A stretch of DNA of 64,000 nucleotides from Eubacteriales bacterium (GTDB lineage: Bacteria > Bacillota > Clostridia > Peptostreptococcales > Anaerovoracaceae). Positions 59,087-64,000 of the stretch are shown here, one piece after another. Below the pieces are notes generated by a model. That model made no database searches, was not told the DNA's origin, and worked only from the letters and a program-made list of their open reading frames with translations. The number at the start of each line of letters is the position of its first letter. Within the stretch, counting starts at the first letter, position 1. The position numbers and the translations under genes are program-made. The DNA lies in contig JAQWFH010000001.1 in NCBI GenBank assembly GCA_028704515.1, forward strand, positions 6,769 to 70,768, given 5' to 3'.

Positions 59087-59760
59087 CTATTGTACATGCT
59101 CCACGCTCACATAGTCAATGCTTTTATCAAAGCTTTCTCTGTCATCGATAAAAAATCGAAACCTTGCCTTGCAGTTGGGCGATTCGTGAATAAATCGATT
59201 CATATTGCCTTTGTCCGGAGCAAACAGCTCATGTCCCGCTTCAGGCGAAACCGTTATTTGCAGTCGGAATCTCCCTTGCTCAATTTCGATGCATTCAAGG
59301 GAGTTCTTTAATATCCGAACCCCCTTATAAGTCGCAAGACGATATTCCTTGCCTTGCCAATATACGATACAAATACATCCGGTAAAATGTCTGCGCATAA
59401 ATGGTACTTTTGCGATTGCTAACATTACCGAGCACGGATCATCATCATGCTTAAAGCTGTTACATTGTATCCAAGTGTAATTCTCGGGGAAGGAGTGACC
59501 TCGATCTCCTTCGGCATATCCCTTTCCGCCGGTCAGGTTAACGACTTGCCCGTTAATCTTAAATTCGCCCTCGACATCATGGTCGAGACTTATTATGCTA
59601 TGTCTGCATTCCATCGGGAAATATCGGAAAAACCCCATAATAACGTATGAAATGGGGGGGTCATGTTAAGATAGCGAGCAGAGCCCTCAATAGATAATTG
59701 CTTTGTATTTATATTTAGTTGGACACCGTATTTTCCAAAGGTATTGTCGCAAGCATAATA
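59087..59760 (-). pseudogene. Tocopherol-cyclase-like family gene remnant: 5'-truncated and frameshifted at a C7 tract
   Basis: The ORF 59087-59638 starts at MGFFRYFPMECRHSIISLDH...GGKGYAEGDRGHSFPENYTWIQCN, which I recall as the mid-region of bacterial tocopherol-cyclase-like proteins. Upstream, a different frame reads YYACDNTFGKYGVQLNINTKQLSIEGSARYLNMTPP without any start codon. The two frames meet at GGGGGGG (59654-59660). Confidence 0.45.
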
Positions 59761-59799
59761 TCATCCTTTTGGCGTTTGTAATAGCACCCTTCAAAATAC

Positions 59800-61116
59800 T
59801 TACTCAACAGAAATACTCCTCTTTGCAGGATTGTTGATGATAGCACCATGATTATCAAATCGAGATCCGTGACATGGGCAATCCCAGGATTGCTCGGCTT
59901 TGTTCCATTTGAGAGCGCAACCCATATGCGAGCAACGCTTGCCCGGCTTTATCAGATTAATCACCGCGTTTACGCCGTTGACGGCAAGTTGTGGGCGTAA
60001 AATTGAGCGTTGAGGAGAAAACAGGTCCTCATAATCGCTTTTTTTATGATTAATCAAATCAAAGAGAATGTCGGCCGCAACCATAGAACTTGTCATTCCC
60101 CATTTCTTGAAGCCGGTGGCCACATAGATATTTGGTCTTGATTTTGTTAAGACACCGATATATGGGATATCATCGAGTGTCATACAATCCTGTGCTGACC
60201 ACGCATATTTTTCGGTGCAATGCGGGTACGCTTTTCTTGCAAGCTTTCGAAGCTCATCGTACTGCCCGCCGGTCTTTCCTGTTTTGTGATCGCCGCCTCC
60301 GATAAACAAAAGGTTTTTATAATTTCTGAAGGAATGACCGTCTTCTCTTTCGTCGACATACATACCGTCGAGTTGAGGACCGTTATCTAGAGCTATTACG
60401 TAAGAACGATTTTGATACATTTTAAGAAAATAAAGTCCGGGGATATTGATAAAAGGAAAATGAGTGGCAAGGATTATATGCTTTGCGGTTACAGATCCTT
60501 TTTCAACATATGCAGTGTTTCCTTCTATTTTACTTACAAAAGCGTTTTCATAGATATTTAAGCCCGAAGATATGCCGTAGAGAAATTTAAGCGGATTGAA
60601 TTGCGCCTGATCCTTCATGCCGATAGCTCCCACAATCTTAAGCGGTAGCGGCGCGCTTTCGGAAAAAAGAGGCATTATAGATAATTTGTCGTATGCCTTT
60701 GCTTCAGCCTCAAGCTTTTGGCGGTTAGCAGTGCTGTAGGTATATGCCGTCTTTTTTTCAAAATCAAATTCGAAGAGATCTGACAACCTCTCGTATTCTT
60801 TGTATGCCTTCATGTTTGCGTCATAATATTTTCGGGCTTTTTCAATACCAAAGCTTTTGATGAGCTTATCGTAAATTAAGCCATGCTGTGCAGTTATTTT
60901 CGCAGTAGTCACTCCCGTAACCCCTGAGCCGATATGTTTTGCCTCCGCCAATATATAATCTATGCCAGCCTCCTGCAGCTTATATGCGCACAATATGCCG
61001 ACCAATCCACCACCTATAATGAGCACATCGGTTTTCCTCTCTCCCGTAAGGGGAGCAAGGTTGGTCAGCTTTGGACTTCCGGATTCCTCATGCCAAACAG
61101 ATGAAATGGGAAACAC
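59800..61116 (-). CDS. FAD-dependent oxidoreductase (DAO family) fused to a C-terminal Rieske [2Fe-2S] domain (YhfW-like)
   Basis: N-terminal dinucleotide fold DVLIIGGGLVGILCAYKL. C-terminal Rieske ligands CSHMGC ... CPCHGSRF. Confidence 0.8.
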   Translation of the reverse strand: MFPISSVWHEESGSPKLTNLAPLTGERKTDVLIIGGGLVGILCAYKLQEAGIDYILAEAKHIGSGVTGVTTAKITAQHGLIYDKLIKSFGIEKARKYYDANMKAYKEYERLSDLFEFDFEKKTAYTYSTANRQKLEAEAKAYDKLSIMPLFSESAPLPLKIVGAIGMKDQAQFNPLKFLYGISSGLNIYENAFVSKIEGNTAYVEKGSVTAKHIILATHFPFINIPGLYFLKMYQNRSYVIALDNGPQLDGMYVDEREDGHSFRNYKNLLFIGGGDHKTGKTGGQYDELRKLARKAYPHCTEKYAWSAQDCMTLDDIPYIGVLTKSRPNIYVATGFKKWGMTSSMVAADILFDLINHKKSDYEDLFSPQRSILRPQLAVNGVNAVINLIKPGKRCSHMGCALKWNKAEQSWDCPCHGSRFDNHGAIINNPAKRSISVE

Positions 61117-61290
61117 CTCCTTCGTTGATAGGGTATATACATTTTATTACTATGAAATGCTGCATTTTTTATGAAATTATTGTCCACATTACATGCCGCA
61201 TTATTTATTAATTAAATTCCCCGAATTAGTTCACCTTATGCGCTTATAAAGAAAGTTTCATTTGTTGGTGCAACGTAAAAAGTTGTGTTT

Positions 61291-61319
61291 TTTACATGCA
61301 CATGCTAATATGTTATAAA
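61291..61319 (+). promoter_or_regulatory. Candidate SigA-type promoter for the aminotransferase-ortAB operon
   Basis: TTTACA - 17 nt - TATAAA, about 115 nt upstream of the ATG. Confidence 0.4.
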
Positions 61320-61433
61320 GCGATAAAGTCAAAAAGATTTTAAATAAAAATTCATTATCTATTTATTCTCGTGTAAAAGCAAATTGAGTAAAAGTGTTTA
61401 AAGTTAGAAGTCAAGTCACAAAGGAGGGGTTGA

Positions 61434-62786
61434 ATGAATATCATTACAGACAAAACAAGGACAATTATTGAAGAAGAAGAAAAATATACTTCGTTTACAA
61501 CAAGAGTGCCTTATTACCCTTTAGTTGTAAGCAAAGCAAAAGGAGTTAAGGTTATCGACATTGAAGGCAATGAGTTCATCGATTTTCTGTCAAGTGCGGC
61601 TGTTATTAATACAGGGCATAATCATCCGGCAATCGTAGAAGCGATAAAAAAACAGCTGGATTCATTTATTCACTACACACCGGCTTACATGTATCACAAG
61701 CCACACACCGAATTAACGAAGAAATTGATCGAAATCACACCGGGTGACTTTGAAAAAAGAGTGGCATTTAGCTTATCGGGGGGCGGATCCGTCGACGGAG
61801 CGATTAAAGCTGCAAGAAAGTATACAAAGAGGCATCGGATAATTTCATTCTTCAAGGCATACCACGGTGCAAGTATAGGAGCATTGAGCGTCTCGGGGTA
61901 CAGCACAGCTATGAGAGAAGGAATGGGGCCGCTCCTTGAAGATGTTACATTCATACCATATCCGGACAGCTATCGCCCTCAATTCAACGAAGAATTAATT
62001 AAAAACAGCGACGCATGTTTGGATTATCTACAAAATTTATTTGATACAGTATTACCTGCAAATGAAGTGGCGGCAGTTATTTTGGAACCGATGCAAGGAG
62101 ATGCCGGCATCTTGTTACCGCCTCAAGAATTCTACGATAGATTGCTTAAAATGTGCAGGGAACATAATATATTAATAATTGCCGATGAAGTTCAAACCGG
62201 CTTTGGTAGAACAGGAAAAATGTTTGCATGTGAGCATTACAATTTGGAGCCGGACCTGATTGTATTGGGTAAAGCAATAGCGTCAGGTATGCCGCTAAGT
62301 GCAATCGTGGGTCGAAAAGAGATACTTGAGGCATGGAGCGCACCTGCGCATTTTATTAATACTGCCGGGAATCCGATATCCTGTGTAGCGGCATTGGAAA
62401 CTATAAAGGTAATTGAAGAAGAAAAACTAGCGGAAAATGCGGAGAAGCAAGGTGAATTAATTAAAGACTTTTTTAATAAAATAAAAAGGAAATATGATTG
62501 TATCGGAGATGTAAGAGGAACCGGGCTATTAATAGGCGTGGACATAATTAAAGATCCTATCAGCAAGGAGAGAGACCAAGTAAAAACTGCAAAAATTTGT
62601 TGGAGATGCTGGGAAAACGGCTTAATATTGGCGTTCTTTGCATCAAATGTATTGAGAATAGCTCCTCCTCTAGTAATAAATGAAGAGGATGTGATGAAAG
62701 CTCTGCATATTATAGAAAATGCTATATCGGATGTTCAGAACGGATTGATTCCGGACAGCGTTTTGGAAGAAATTAAAGGATGGTAG
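61434..62786 (+). CDS. Class-III (omega) pyridoxal-phosphate-dependent aminotransferase
   Basis: 450 aa. GHNHP, SGGGSVDGAIK, ADEVQTGFGRTGKMFA, and a PLP-Lys region LGKAIASGMPLSA. Confidence 0.85.
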   Translation: MNIITDKTRTIIEEEEKYTSFTTRVPYYPLVVSKAKGVKVIDIEGNEFIDFLSSAAVINTGHNHPAIVEAIKKQLDSFIHYTPAYMYHKPHTELTKKLIEITPGDFEKRVAFSLSGGGSVDGAIKAARKYTKRHRIISFFKAYHGASIGALSVSGYSTAMREGMGPLLEDVTFIPYPDSYRPQFNEELIKNSDACLDYLQNLFDTVLPANEVAAVILEPMQGDAGILLPPQEFYDRLLKMCREHNILIIADEVQTGFGRTGKMFACEHYNLEPDLIVLGKAIASGMPLSAIVGRKEILEAWSAPAHFINTAGNPISCVAALETIKVIEEEKLAENAEKQGELIKDFFNKIKRKYDCIGDVRGTGLLIGVDIIKDPISKERDQVKTAKICWRCWENGLILAFFASNVLRIAPPLVINEEDVMKALHIIENAISDVQNGLIPDSVLEEIKGW

Positions 62787-62815
62787 GTTAACAGCCTCGG
62801 AAAGGAAGGATTAAA

Positions 62816-63103
62816 ATGGTCAGTAAAGGAACATTTGTAAGGATTGAAAAGACGATCCTCGAACCGCAAGAGAGAACATCAAAAATCCCTGATGACACTA
62901 AAAAGGTTCCGTTCAAAATGTGGACAAAGGGGGTGCTGCAGCATGACTGCGAGTTGAACGCAGAAGCCACAATTGTAACTGTTGCAAATCGCCGGGACAC
63001 TGGCAAATTAGTTGAAGTAAATCCATTTTATGAATTGAATTACGGAGAGTTTTTACCTGAAATTACGGAGATTGATAGGGTGATTAAAAATGAAAGAAAA
63101 TAA
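62816..63103 (+). CDS. ortA: 2-amino-4-ketopentanoate thiolase alpha subunit (OrtA)-like
   Basis: 95 aa. The pattern V.I....L.P.ER....P.DTKKVP..MW.KG......E.G........R...G.LVE.NP matches my recollection of OrtA. It overlaps the next gene by 14 nt. Confidence 0.65.
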   Translation: MVSKGTFVRIEKTILEPQERTSKIPDDTKKVPFKMWTKGVLQHDCELNAEATIVTVANRRDTGKLVEVNPFYELNYGEFLPEITEIDRVIKNERK

Positions 63104-64000
63104 AAATTTATATGAACAAGTAATGTCACGTAGAGAGGAAATCCTCAATAAGGCGTTGGGTGTTGATTTCGACAAATATGAGATTGAAGGTATTGCCTTT
63201 GATTATGAAAAATATATGGAGGAGACCGCATACTCATTGGAGGAGGTTGCCAAAATCCAAAAGGAAAACGGAGTGGGCAATACACCTCTTATAGAACTTA
63301 AGAATATAACCGCGCTTGCTCGTAAATATGCTCCCGAAGGCAAGGGCGCTCGGATTTTCATAAAGGATGAGGCCTGCAATATTTCCGGCTCATTCAAGGA
63401 AAGACGCGCGTCTATAAGTGCTTATCATGCAAAGAAGAAGGGATACAAGGGGGTTATTGCAGCAACGTCGGGGAATTATGGGGCTGCCGTAGCCGCACAA
63501 GCTGCAAAACAAGGCTTGGATTGTATTGTTATCCAGGAGTGCTATGATTCAAATCAAGTAGGTCAGCCCGAAATTATTGAAAAGGCCAGAAAATGTGAGG
63601 CTTTAGGTGCTGAGGTAATTCAGACAAGCGTAGGTCCGGAATTATTTTTCGAAGCACTGCAGATTTTGGATGAAACGGGCTTCTTTAACGCATCGTTGTA
63701 TTCATCATTTGGAATTGCTGGAGTTGAAACTCTTGGGCAGGAAATAGCGGTCGAATGTATGGACAAATTTAATAAATATCCCGAAGCCGTCGTGTGCACC
63801 AATGCCGGTGGAGGAAACCTGACAGGTACTGCTCGCGGATTAATAAAGAGCGGTGCATCAGAAACAAGAGTCATAGCCGCATCTGTAAACCTTAAGGGGC
63901 TTCATATGGCGAGTGATAATGATTTTAACAGAAAGTCATTCACTACCGGTCATACGGGCTTCGGTATTCCGTACGCAACATACCCGGATCGAAGTGATGT
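63090..64000 (+). CDS. ortB: 2-amino-4-ketopentanoate thiolase beta subunit (OrtB)-like, PLP-dependent Trp-synthase-beta fold; 3'-partial (runs off the window)
   Basis: An open frame from the ATG at 63090 to the window end with no stops. It is absent from the ORF track because it is open-ended. GNTPLIELKN, the PLP-Lys motif SGSFKERRA, and ATSGNYGAAVA. Confidence 0.75.
   Translation, partial: MKENKNLYEQVMSRREEILNKALGVDFDKYEIEGIAFDYEKYMEETAYSLEEVAKIQKENGVGNTPLIELKNITALARKYAPEGKGARIFIKDEACNISGSFKERRASISAYHAKKKGYKGVIAATSGNYGAAVAAQAAKQGLDCIVIQECYDSNQVGQPEIIEKARKCEALGAEVIQTSVGPELFFEALQILDETGFFNASLYSSFGIAGVETLGQEIAVECMDKFNKYPEAVVCTNAGGGNLTGTARGLIKSGASETRVIAASVNLKGLHMASDNDFNRKSFTTGHTGFGIPYATYPDRSD

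Overview
This is a low-GC Firmicutes/Clostridia-type chromosomal segment from a spore former (YunB is present), and it is mostly housekeeping. In order it carries: a T-box-controlled ABC importer; an MFS transporter; cls; glyA; a LysM protein; an M50 protease; clpB with a CIRCE-like element; an acn-icd-gntR operon; an MFP-RND-TetR efflux operon with two palindromic operators; nth; a TPP-riboswitch-controlled thiamine/HMP salvage operon (tenA, thiXYZ-like ABC, thiE-thiD fusion); hom with two small Cys-rich proteins; trmL; a glycolytic operon with two divergent tandem GAPDH genes (gap-gap-pgk-tpi-eno); secG; a membrane pyrophosphatase homolog with substituted catalytic motifs; rnr; a CBS protein; trkA-trkH; an MBL-fold/Cof-HAD fusion; yraN-comM-dprA-topA-hslVU-codY; yunB; hflX; yigZ; an acyl-CoA ligase; and csp with a structured leader. 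It ends with six tRNAs, a small islet with shifted codon usage (ProB-like kinase, decayed tocopherol-cyclase-like gene, FAD/Rieske oxidoreductase), and a class-III aminotransferase-ortA-ortB cluster that runs off the window. I saw no CRISPR array, transposase, integrase or recognisable defence genes. The points most worth follow-up are the M-PPase homolog with non-canonical catalytic motifs, the aminotransferase-linked AKP-thiolase (ortAB) cluster, the GAPDH pair with different predicted cofactor signatures, the MBL-HAD fusion and the csp leader switch. All family assignments come from motif recognition by eye, with no database search.
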